DNA of 63,916 bases, counting the filler, from Welwitschia mirabilis (Eukaryota): assembly GCA_051453625.1 (NCBI GenBank). It is 5 parts of one record of this genome, joined end to end, with 100 filler letters (N's around TTAATTAATTAA, not from the genome) between each part and the next. Parts side by side here need not be neighbours in the genome. Positions count along the whole stretch, not along the records: positions 23,563 to 39,157 come from JBOZIK010000001.1; 4 more parts are not named here. One strand, written 5' to 3'. The position numbers and the translations under genes were made by a program. Shown here piece by piece: positions 26,741 to 39,257 of the stretch (position 1 is the first letter of the stretch; the number at the start of each line of letters is the position of its first letter). The notes beneath the pieces are model-generated. The model was not told where the DNA came from. It saw only the letters and a program-made list of their open reading frames with translations, and did not search any database.

Positions 26741-28559
26741 TATAATTACAAGCCAAAAAAAAGGAAAAATCAAGAGTTTCAGAATGTTAATAAAACTTTA
26801 ATTGACAAGGTAGAAAAATAAATAAGCTGCAAGGTTTTAGCTTAATTTATTCACAAAAAATTCTTCACTCTAATGATATATGAAAAATTCCTGAAATGTA
26901 ACTTAAACTATCAAGTTATGATGCCTTAAATCATAATGCATAATCTCATTCACCATATGAGAATAAATAAATTTAATAATCACTTAATCCATCATAGCCC
27001 TTTAATAAGTATAAAAAGTAAGAACTTACAGTATCAAAATCCATTAAATAAAAGTAACTTAAATCAACTAACTTATTAAATTCATTTAGTTAATAATATA
27101 ACTTGATAATATAGTTTTTGCATAAAGATATTTATAACTTGAAATTAAAACTAAGTGAGTACTTTGTCATTAACAAAATTAAGAGAAGAAGATAATGCTA
27201 GCATAGGCTTCTTGAACTATCTTTAAAACAAGTTTAATCCCAAAGAAAATACTTAGAAGGCCATCTCAATTGTGATGCTCTAAAGATTTCTAATATGCTT
27301 CACCAACCAAAGGATTCTTATAAATGGGGGCTCAAGATCCTTTTATATGTAGGTATGAGATGGGATATGATTGAAAACCTTTATCTTATAGTATTAAATT
27401 GATGATTATAAAGTTTATCATGTGGCATAAGGTAGGGTCTTTGTCTTGTTACATTAGGTTATAATAATTATGATACTATAAGATGTGGCTTTTGGATGCT
27501 AATGCTTCTATACATTGTTAATATTAGTATGCGTCTTTCATGTCATCTCACTTATACTACCACATGTTACTACTATGTATATTTTATATTACTACCACAT
27601 GTCATTTAAGATGCCAGTTACTTTTTATGTAAATAATGATTAAGCCCATATCCACATTTTAATTATTTTTTTCTGATAAGTATAGAACATAATAATTAAA
27701 ATGTTTTTCCTCAAAGGAGTAACAGCACTAGTAATGTGGACAACATCAACATTTCCATTTGAATGATCTTTATCTTTTAACATGTCATTCCAAATGTCGT
27801 AGATAGTTTAAAAATATCATGAGAAGGTAATAAAACTATAAATGATATTAAAAATAGGTAGAATACATGATTTTGTACTAAAATGGATACTTTAATATCT
27901 TCTATTAAGATAAATTAGTTAGATAACTTGATTAGAATGTTAATTTTCACAAGTTAACACATACCCTAACTAGAATTTCACTAGACTCTTAGAAAAAAGT
28001 TGATAACAAAATGATTAATATAGAAAACTTATCGGAGGAAGAATACTAAATTATGAAAAATAATATGACTTTATTAAAAAATTATGATGAATTTTCGAAA
28101 ATACAACATCAAAATTAGAAAATTTCTATAAAAAATAGATGTCATACTCCCAACCAAAATTGGACTTTGTCCTTGAATTTTTATGATAAAAGGTGTTAAT
28201 ATAATTTTAAGAACATATCCTTAGGAAATATTTATCTTAACATGTCCTTTTATTAAAGGCAAAAGATATAAGGAAATTTAATAAGATACAACACAAAAAA
28301 AGAAAATTATCTGATAAGAGATGATCACCTTTTATGTCTTTCTAAAAATGCTAAGTCAAAGGTTAACCCATAAAAATAGTTATTCCTTATGATGTTATTT
28401 ATTGTGAAATGGAGGTAAAGTGGAATAGATGGTAAGAATGATAATACAAACAAGTGATTAATCACATAAACTATGAATAGAAAAGGTAGCCCAACTAAGT
28501 TAATAACCTTCTTATTTTTTTATGATTTTTAATGAATTTTGATATTAGACAAGCATGGT

Positions 28560-29253
28560 ATTAATCAAATAACTTATAATAATTCAATAATTAGTACCAA
28601 ATATTAAGTATAAAAGTTAATAAGAATAGAAATTAGAAGGCCTCTAATTCCTACTTTTTCCCCATTATTTTCCTTTTCTACTAGCATATATGTTTTTTTT
28701 TTTAAGCATTTTAAGTTACATTGAACATCTAATGTTATAAAATTTTCTTCCAATATAATTAAGCATGTTGTTTTGCAAAGAAATTAATGTTGCATTGTTA
28801 GTTAGTGTTTATAGCTCTGATGTACTTGATTATGTTATAAGTAAATCATTAGAGCTACATTGGTGCTAAGCATTCATAACCATGATGTTAGTAACTAAAC
28901 CTAGATAAGTGATTAATAAAATATGCTTTTAGAAAAGATATATTATATATAAATTTTAATTCTTCTTCTTATATTCATTTTATACACATAAGACAGGTCA
29001 TTACATTATTAACCTAATTAAGAAATATCTTATTCCCATGAAACAATTTAAAGATAAGGAACATAATATAAAGGTAAATTTCACCTTTTTCATTTATATT
29101 TTCCAAAATTGAAGATCTTAAGTAAATTTAACTTTAATAATCATACTCAAAACAAGCATAATTTTTCTTTAAAAATCCAAAGGTCTACTTAATCATAGCC
29201 CTTACTTGAAATGATAGTAATATTACTTATTATTGATTTTTTTAAAGGCCATT
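28560..29253 (-). pseudogene. Possible extremely degenerate LINE reverse-transcriptase fragment
   Basis: Minus-strand ISSKGYD*VDLW resembles KAYDRVDW (~29180-29215); a frameshifted FFA(N)NML resembles FADD (~28760-28790). Weak. Confidence 0.3.
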
Positions 29254-29889
29254 NNNNNNNNNNNNNNNNNNNNNNNNNNNNNNNNNNNNNNNNNNNNNNN
29301 NNNNNNNNNNNNNNNNNNNNNNNNNNNNNNNNNNNNNNNNNNNNNNNNNNNNNNNNNNNNNNNNNNNNNNNNNNNNNNNNNNNNNNNNNNNNNNNNNNNN
29401 NNNNNNNNNNNNNNNNNNNNNNNNNNNNNNNNNNNNNNNNNNNNNNNNNNNNNNNNNNNNNNNNNNNNNNNNNNNNNNNNNNNNNNNNNNNNNNNNNNNN
29501 NNNNNNNNNNNNNNNNNNNNNNNNNNNNNNNNNNNNNNNNNNNNNNNNNNNNNNNNNNNNNNNNNNNNNNNNNNNNNNNNNNNNNNNNNNNNNNNNNNNN
29601 NNNNNNNNNNNNNNNNNNNNNNNNNNNNNNNNNNNNNNNNNNNNNNNNNNNNNNNNNNNNNNNNNNNNNNNNNNNNNNNNNNNNNNNNNNNNNNNNNNNN
29701 NNNNNNNNNNNNNNNNNNNNNNNNNNNNNNNNNNNNNNNNNNNNNNNNNNNNNNNNNNNNNNNNNNNNNNNNNNNNNNNNNNNNNNNNNNNNNNNNNNNN
29801 NNNNNNNNNNNNNNNNNNNNNNNNNNNNNNNNNNNNNNNNNNNNNNNNNNNNNNNNNNNNNNNNNNNNNNNNNNNNNNNNNNNNNNNNN

Positions 29890-30580
29890 CTTTGAATTAT
29901 TGGTGATTTTTAAATGAAAAATACACCATTCAACAAAACGTATTTTATTAAATACAAACCTTTCCAATTAGAAATTAGTTTATTTAAAAACAAATGTAAT
30001 TGTGAGTTATAAAGTAAAACTACTTCTTCTTCTTAAAACATTTTTCTAGGAATGTTTTAATCATCCAAATTTTTCATTCTTTCCTTGTTTTTTTCATATT
30101 CTCATAGGTAGAGTTCCTAATTTAATCTAACTCATTGAGTTGAAGAGCCATTTTGTTTCTTGTTACATCAAGATCTAAATTCATAGTTGAAATTGCCTAA
30201 TATGCCTTATTTCCAAGTTCAATAAGTAGATGAAAAGATTTTCTATAGACTGAATTTAATAGGGGCATTGCTAATGATGTCTTATAAGCTATTTAACAAG
30301 CCCATAAAATGTTATTAAGCTTATAAGCCCATTGAGTCTACTACTTTTTGGTAAAATGTTCTTTATTTCTATACTAGTAAAATTGACTTATTTACTAATT
30401 TGAGGATGATAAGGAGTTGCAAATATTAGTTTTATATATTGCTGATTGATGTTAAAATTATATGATCTTTGTAGAATGGAATGTAATTTTATAAATGCAA
30501 GGAGATTAAGGACTCATAACTAAAAAGGAAGTCAAGACTTGGACATGTTCTAATTGTAGTTGCTTTATTTTCTATCCAAG
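29890..30580 (-). pseudogene. Degenerate Athila-like integrase C-terminal region
   Basis: Minus-strand AYKTSLAMPLLNSVYRKSFHLLIELGNKAY*AISTMNLD and YNSQLHLFLNKLISNWKG match Athila AYKTP..CHLPVELEHKAYWA and YNSRL.LF..KL.S.W.GP. Confidence 0.8.
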
Positions 30581-31483
30581 NNNNNNNNNNNNNNNNNNNN
30601 NNNNNNNNNNNNNNNNNNNNNNNNNNNNNNNNNNNNNNNNNNNNNNNNNNNNNNNNNNNNNNNNNNNNNNNNNNNNNNNNNNNNNNNNNNNNNNNNNNNN
30701 NNNNNNNNNNNNNNNNNNNNNNNNNNNNNNNNNNNNNNNNNNNNNNNNNNNNNNNNNNNNNNNNNNNNNNNNNNNNNNNNNNNNNNNNNNNNNNNNNNNN
30801 NNNNNNNNNNNNNNNNNNNNNNNNNNNNNNNNNNNNNNNNNNNNNNNNNNNNNNNNNNNNNNNNNNNNNNNNNNNNNNNNNNNNNNNNNNNNNNNNNNNN
30901 NNNNNNNNNNNNNNNNNNNNNNNNNNNNNNNNNNNNNNNNNNNNNNNNNNNNNNNNNNNNNNNNNNNNNNNNNNNNNNNNNNNNNNNNNNNNNNNNNNNN
31001 NNNNNNNNNNNNNNNNNNNNNNNNNNNNNNNNNNNNNNNNNNNNNNNNNNNNNNNNNNNNNNNNNNNNNNNNNNNNNNNNNNNNNNNNNNNNNNNNNNNN
31101 NNNNNNNNNNNNNNNNNNNNNNNNNNNNNNNNNNNTTAAATTATGGGTTGATTGAATTACCCTTATGATAACCAAATTTTGAAGTATTCATTTGATGCTA
31201 TTTCAAGTTAAGTCAACTAAATTGTTGTAATGCTAATTTCTAGGATTTTGATAGAGTATTTTGAGTACTTTTGCAAGACATTTATATATGTTCATATGTA
31301 ATTTTGATGATTATGAAGAATCGATGGGATGATCACTGAAACATGTAATTATTAGTGAATTTGGAGGCATTTTAGGCATCTTTTGATAGTTCTTATCTTG
31401 AAGGAAAGATTGATAATGTAGCAGACTAATTCCTCTTAAGCTAAAAAGATAAAGGGCTCTGTCATCCCTTCTGTTTTCTCTAC

Positions 31484-34400
31484 TAAAGGATCCAGAACCC
31501 TAGAGAGGGGATGAATAGGATTTAAAAATTAAATAAATAAATTTATAAGTTATCTGTATAAATATTAAAAACTGAAAGATATTTAAGCATATGAAATATA
31601 GAAACTAACTTGAAAGAAAGATAACTAAAAGAACAAGATACTAATGAAGGTAGAGACATGATTTATAGTGGTTTGAAAACCTTCTACTCCACTCTCAATG
31701 ATTAGATTCTATCTAAGGTTAATCCAGATCTTTGTTAATCACTTTCTAGATATTCCAAGTTCACCTAAAACCTTTTATAATTGAACTTTTCAGAGGCTTA
31801 GTCTAAACTTTTAGACAGGATGCTATTTGGTGATAATGACATGCTATAATGCATAGATTCCATCAAATTTGAAGTAAAACAATGATGGTACTACAGTACT
31901 TGAAATGATATCATAATCCATATACATAAAGTACAAACTGATTGGCCAAGGATTGATGATTACCAAAAAATGTTTTTTAGTTTTGGTCAAATAAAAGATA
32001 TGCCAAAATATTATATAGTGATTTTAATAGCTAACAAATATGTAGGAGAAGAATTTTAGAGTGTTATAAGTGAAATAGATTCTCCAATAGATAAAAATGG
32101 AAGACCGACAGCTAAAAAAATCCCATTTTTATCATGACCAGTTGATCCCTTAAAATGTCTAGTTAATCCCATGAAGTGCCATTACTGAAGTTGATTACCC
32201 TCATATTCTTTTAGTTGATCTAAGTTTCTTATAGATCTATGTTTAGTTGACTCCTCAAGGATCTAGATAACTACATGTCTAGTTAACCACATTTTGGTCC
32301 AGTTGACCCCATATCTAGAAAAGTGTAGAATAACATTTATAGACTAGGTTCAGTTAACCCCTTAGGGATCTGATTGATTCATTAATTAAAGAAGATGAAA
32401 ACATTTTACTTAGGCTTGGTTAATCCCTTTGGAATTCAGTTGACCCCTTGATGATTAGATGTGGTAAATTTATTGCAAAGGTCTAGTTGACTCCTTAGGA
32501 ATCTAGTTAACCCCTTAGTAATCTAATTTTGATACTTCCTAGTATAGGTTCAGTTAACTCCTTAGGGATTTGATCAATTATTTTGAGGGTCTGAAACTTG
32601 TTAGTTTTAGGTAAGATTTGTGACAAAAGATTTTGACTTTTAATCTATAAGGTTTAATATTTTCTATAAAGAATACACAACCTTTTGCTATATCAAAAAA
32701 TGTTAGTTTTACATCAACTTGGCAAATTATAACTTAATAATCTCACCCTTTGCCATTCATGGAAAACTATAATTAGCTGAAAATATTACTTAGAAAACTT
32801 CCCCTTAGATTATGCCAATTAGATTTGCAAAAGAGTATTGAGCATGTATATTAAATTAAACATTTATAAAGGGTTATCAATAAGAGTAACAAATATAATA
32901 ATTTGTAGTATAGTTTATGAGACATATAATATCCATTAATATATGTGACAAATCCTAGTTTAAGATGTATTTAATATTCATTAATAGATGTATCAAAATC
33001 ATGATTCATGATATATGAAATATACATTACATAGATAAGACAAAATGATATCAAATGTATTGCTATTACTTAACTTTAGGCATTACAATAGAAAAGGTAC
33101 TCATAAGAGTAATTACAACTAAGATAAACTAATAAATACTACTAAAGATAACTGGTAATATCTAATACTAAAAGTTAAAAGCTAAAAATACACTATTATT
33201 TCTCTCCCTTTTGATATTAATGACAAAGGAAAGAAAACTAAATATAAATAAGCACAATAAGAAAATAGCAAAATTAATTATATTCTTCTTTTTTTTCCTC
33301 CTCAAATTCTTATTCAGAATCTAGGTCTTCTTTCTCTTCCTCTTCTTTGGCTGCCTTTTATGTGAAGCTACCAGCTTTCTAAAAAGTATCAGCTACCTTG
33401 TACCCTATTGCGATCAAAGCCTATTTCATATGGCTGATGCGAGAATCCAACCTTTTCAAGTATGAAAGAGTATCTTCAGGAGAGGATTAGTTAGGAGAAG
33501 AAGACTTGAAAGATTTCTTAGATCTAATAAAAATATACATGCAAGATAAAATTGCACACCTAATGGTAGAGATCGGGGTTAAATTTTTTAACTTTGAGTG
33601 TAGCTAGACTCTAAAATAATGACAAATATTAGTAATTAAAATAGAATAAAGAAGAATCCTAGTCTTATAATACTCTAACTGAGAGAACATGTTTTTAAAC
33701 ATAATAATAGAACCATCAATAGGATGCCTAGTTCCTATTAAATACAATAAATAGGATCTATAGTTGGAGGTCTCATCATGATGACCTGCCAAAGGTAAGA
33801 TATAATAAGTAAAATCCAAATGTAAAAACTAGTACTTCAAGGTAAGGTAGAAGGTGGAGAGGGTGGTTTTACATTGATGAAACTTACCATAAAGATCCTA
33901 GTGACCTATAACTTATCCTCTATGAAATTACATAGGGGCTAAAATTCCTCATAATCTCCTCTAAGGAGATCTGTGATAAAGGAAATGACATCTGTAGTAA
34001 CCCTAATTCTCATACCTAAAATAAGGGTTATTAGGGTAGAAGAGTCAACATCAAAGGAAGCATTACAAAAAACATGTGAGTGAGGTAAGGGTAGACTAAC
34101 CTTAAGACATCAAGAAAGTAAGATAAATCAAGCTCACTCAAGAGTCTTACCACATCTCCGAGTTCCCTTAGCTCCCAAGAAGGGCTTTTCTAGTAGACAA
34201 GCTTCTTCTCAAACGTCTCTGTGAACTTATCTATATTTTCATCTAAATTTTAAAGTAAAAATTCTTTGGATCTTTACTTTCTAAATCCTTCTAATATATT
34301 CTTGAGGGATCCTTTACCATTGAAAGTACATATCACTTCTTAAAGATAACAAAACTTGAGAGACACACCTAGATCTAAAGGAGATAGGTGCATAGATGTG

Positions 34401-37400
34401 AATGAAAAAGATTAGGACTCTAGAAGATTTTATAAAGAAGGCTTATTGAGTCAAATTTAATTAAAAAATTGAATCCACCACTTTAGATTCGATAATGTAA
34501 TCCTACAGGTCTGATTGAGTGGATTATAATTTGGTTGACTATATTCAGGTTAATCTAGAAAAGACCAGGTAACTGGATGGAAATGTGGTCGACTGACTAG
34601 ATTTAGTTAATCAAATCTAAGATCTAATTAACCATCCTGCCTTCAGTTAGAGGATGGAGAGACAACCTCCAGTTCACTACAAACTATTAGAAAGTTATTA
34701 AAGTCTAAGGGGTTTTATGGAAATATTGGCAAGTTATCTATTAGTGCTAATAAAATTCATTAAAATGTTGTCTTTTTCCACTTGATCTCTAAGGAAGTGA
34801 TGGCTTAATTCAATGTGTTTATCTCTAGAATGTTGAATGGTATTAATTATACTTTTATTATCATAAAATATTGGAACCTATTCAAAATATACTCTAAAGT
34901 CTTTGAGAATGTCCTTCATCCATAAAATATGGGTGTAACAACTCCATGTAGCCATATATTCTACTTCTGCTATGGAACGAAAGATAGAGTTTTTCTTCTT
35001 ACTTATTCATCCTACCAAGCATGATCCTAAAAGAAAATAATTTCTATTAGTGATTTTTCTATCAACTTTACACCTAGCCCAATCTATATTACTAAAGCTT
35101 ATACAATCAAAAGATGTTTCTATAGGATACCATAACACATAGTAACTTGTTTCTTTTATATATATTATGATTCTTTTAATAGCTTGGAGGTGTGATTCTT
35201 TTGGTTGAGTTTGATATCTAGTACACACAACAACATTAAAAATTATATCAACTATACTTGCAGTTAGGTATAGTAGACTTTCTATCATGCTTCTATAAAG
35301 TTTTTGGTCTATCGATTTTCCATGTTCATCACGACTAACATTATAAGAAGTTGACATAAGTGTGTTAGTTGATTTTGTATTATCTAACCCAAATTGTTTG
35401 ATCAATTCTTTTGCCTATTTGAATTAAGAAATAAAAATTTCATATTTTCTTTGTTTAATTTGGAGGCTAAGAAATATTTTAAATTCACCAAGCATACTTA
35501 TTTCAAAATGTGTTGTCATAATGCTAGAAAATTATTTGGAAAGAACTTTGCTTAAGGCTCTAAAAATTATGTCATCTACATATACTTGAATGATAATAAA
35601 ATACTTTTTAAGATTTTTAACAAACAAGGTTTTATCCATAGTTCCACAAGTATAACTACTTTCATTAATAAATGTGGCTAGTTTTTCATACCAAGTCCTT
35701 AAAGCTTACTTTAAACCATATAAAGACTTTTTAAGTCTCAACACATGGTTTAGTTTGTATGAATCTATCAAAACCTTGATTTTGTTCCACATAAACTTAT
35801 TTGTTAAGAGTTTTATTTAGAAAGGCTCTTTTCACATCCATCTAATAAACTTTAATATCCTTAGATGCTGCATATGATAGAAACATTCTGATACTGTCTA
35901 GCCTAGCTACTAGAGCAAAATATTACCTACATCTATTCCTTCAATCTAGTTGTATCCTTGTGTTACTAATATTGCCTTGTTCTTAATATATATTAAACTT
36001 GTTATTAAAAATCAATTCTTGATCTAATAACATTAAGGTCTTTTAGTCTTTCAACAAGTTTCCACACATCATTTCTTTTGAATTGTTGAAGCTCATCTTA
36101 CATAGCCATCTTCCATTCTTCATGAGATTCAACCTCTTCAAACTTTTTAGGTTTAATTTAATAGACATAACAAACATGGACATAGAAATTTTTAAGAGAA
36201 TTTATTATTTGAATTTTTTCAATAATGGATCCTAAAGTATGATCTATTATCTTTTTAAACTTTTTAAAAGTAACTTCTTAAGTTGGCTCTTCTTTACTCT
36301 CAGTTGAAACTTCTTTTATTATGGAAGTACTTGGAGTTAAGTTTTCTTCACCATTTGAAAAAAAGAAAGCTTATGCTAAAATCATAAATTTAACCACTAT
36401 TAGATTTTCTTTGTTGAAAACTTAATCTACTCTACTTCTAATTGAGTATCTCAAAAAGATTACTTCATTAGACTTTAAATCAAAATTTCTTAAATGTTTT
36501 CTATCTTTTAACATAAAGCACTTACTTCCAAAGATTTTAAAATATGAAACATTTGGTTTTCTTCCTTTTCAAAGCTCATATAGGGTCTTGTTCATTCTTG
36601 GCCTTAGGTAGGCTCTATTTATAATGTAGTATGCGATGCTTACTACTTTAAGCCAAAACGTTTTAGGAATCTCCTTGTCATTTAACATTGTTTTAGTTAT
36701 TTCTTGAAGGATTTGGTTCTTTCTCTTAGCAATTACATTTTGTTGAGAATATTTGAGGCTAAGAATTAATGTTTTATATCATTATCTACATAATAATTTT
36801 CAAACATATGATTTTCAAATTCTCCTCCATGATTACTTCGAAGTTTCTTGATGGTGTATCCTTTCTTGTTTTGAATTTTGTTGCAAATTTCAGCATAAGT
36901 TTTATACATTTTAGCTTTATTTCCAAGAAAAGAAACCTAAAAAATTCTAGAGTAGTCATCAACTATAGTTCAAAAATATCATTTACCTTTTAGACTTTTC
37001 ATTTGGGTTAGACCCACAAAATCCATGGCATTATTGTGAAGATTAGATTTTTACTTTGGTGAGAAGTCATAACTTATTTCTCTTTTTGACAAGCATTAAA
37101 AAGCCCACATTTTTCAATGTTAATATTGAAAATTACTTTTACAATTTTCTTTTTAATAATTATTTTAAGATAATCATAATTTACATGTCCTAAATAGTAG
37201 TATCATGGTTCTTCTTGATTTACATGATAAAAATAACATGTAGATAAAGAATAATCAATATTATAAACATTATCTGTTCTATTTACCTTAAGAAGAACAT
37301 CATTCATTTTTTTTAATCTAACTTTGCAGTTTTTACTATCAAAAACAACTTTGTGCCCTTTATCATAAATTTGACTAATACTAAGCAAATGTAATTTCTC

Positions 37401-38139
37401 CTCCATTGAAGTCATTTAAGTGTTGGAATCTTGACTTATTACCTATCATGTATCGAGAGAAATCACTATCTAAGTACTAGCTAGTTCCATTTGATACCTT
37501 AAAAGGCTATTTAAATTAAAAGACTTTTTAAAGTGACAACTTTCACCTAGCTTATCCTTTTGGACTATTCTAGTATATATCCCTTTGGGACAAATTTAAA
37601 AGGAAAAGTACTAATAGAATTTGAAAAGAGCATTAACTTTCTAGCATTACAAAATAATTTAGAGTGACTTGACATATTACAAAAATAACACGTAATTTTT
37701 GATACATAATTAATTTAGCATGCTACTTAGTTTGACTATTTTCATGATCTTTCGAGTGATGAATCCAATACCTTTCTTGTTATGAATTTAGTCTTCATAT
37801 CGTAAGCATCTATTTTAATTTAGTTAAACTATTTGAAAATTCATTTATGAAATGAAACAAGATTTTAACCTTTTGAGTAAGTTTAGAGTTCTTAGTTTGA
37901 ACCATTTTATACTTTGTCTCTAACTCCTCCTTTTCCTTGTTAGAACGTTTACTATCTTGTTTAGATCATTGATATGTTTTGCCAATTTTTTACATTCTGA
38001 GTAAAGATCTTGATAGGTGTTTTTAAATTCTCAATAAATCCCTTGATAGGTGTCTTTAAGCTCACTTTGATCTTCTTCAATAAGATTTAGATCATCTGGT
38101 TTTGATAAGCATGAAATGTTCTTTATTGAAGGGACTATT
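31484..38139 (-). mobile_element. Degenerate Sirevirus-like Ty1/copia element: 3' LTR 31484-32739, PPTs (32740, ~32798, ~33200), env-like region ~33280-34400, pol ~34720-37480, partial gag to 38139
   Basis: ORF 35007..35405 (copia RT/RNase H: LYRSMIESLLYLTAS..PKESHLQAIKRII); integrase ~36400-37030; *YLDSDFSRYMIG protease (~37440-37480); CYFCNMSSHSKLFC zinc knuckle (~37650-37693); LTR homologous to 72-1445. Confidence 0.9.
33280..34400 (-). pseudogene. Degenerate env-like / extra ORF between pol and the 3' LTR
   Basis: ORF 33604..33819 (YILPLAGHHDETSNYRSYLLYLIGTRHPID) resembles the plant retrotransposon extra-ORF domain; the position is typical of Sireviruses. Confidence 0.6.
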
Positions 38140-39157
38140 TGTAATACCCTAGCTTTAATTACCTCAAATAACCATTTTTTTAAGTATTATTAATTAACAT
38201 ACATAACAGAACCTAGGATCAAATCCTATTTAGACTTTATTAATACATTATAGGATTTAGAATAATTAAAACACATAATTATTACTTAACTATAGACCAT
38301 TTTGTTTTGCATACAATAAAGATGTCAAATTTCTAACTTTGTTTTTGCCACATAAAAATATCTTGTTTAAAGTTGATGGGATGTTAACTTATTTTATTAC
38401 ATATAATGGATAAGTTTTAGGATAGTTTATAATCAATATAATAGGAGGTTACATCCCTTATTAATGATATTCCACCTTGATATTAGGCCATCCTCCAGAT
38501 GTAAGTCAGTTCTACTATAGATTCTAGACTATATAAACATGGCTGGCCTCAACTCCATAGGCTTAGACTTCACTTTGATATACCCCTAGTATAGGTAACA
38601 GTTGGTACATGAGGTGGATTCATGCTTACAAGTAACCTCACTTCCTTGAAGTATCGCAGGATGGTGTTTTCAAAAGGATTTGAAAATAAAAGTACAATGC
38701 AACCCACTTTGGCAATGAAATCCAAGTATGGGGATGAATAATTATTAATATTATCTTTAGTCTAGTTGAATGAATACACTATACAAATGTAAGTATACAT
38801 TATGTGAATATTTAGTGGGTTGTTTAACTTGATAAAAATAATTCTAATCATCATTGGGTTTATTTTTAAAAAAAATTATAGAAAAGAAAAATATAATGTA
38901 CAAGCATCTTTTGATATTTCATAAAATAAAATAATACATTTTTCAAAGTTTAGTAATAAAAATAAATGAAAGGAAACATCTCTTTATTTTTCTACATTAT
39001 AGTAATTCTTTCAAATAAGACACATTAACACATCCAAGTCCTATTATAAAAGAATTCTTCATTTATGAAACTAAGGAAACTTGAAAATCCCCTTTATCAT
39101 TACTAAGTGTGTACATAAAAATAGAGCTAAGTAAAATATATGCATATCTTATTAGAA
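38140..39157. mobile_element. Partial LTR of a different gypsy-type family inserted into copia gag
   Basis: Abrupt end of gag homology at TGTAATACCC (38140), a common Tekay/Del-type LTR terminus; truncated by the scaffold linker. Confidence 0.55.
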
Positions 39158-39257
39158 NNNNNNNNNNNNNNNNNNNNNNNNNNNNNNNNNNNNNNNNNNN
39201 NTTAATTAATTAANNNNNNNNNNNNNNNNNNNNNNNNNNNNNNNNNNNNNNNNNNNN
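39158..39257. other. Artificial scaffold linker 44N-TTAATTAATTAA-44N
   Basis: 12-mer at 39202-39213. Confidence 0.95.
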
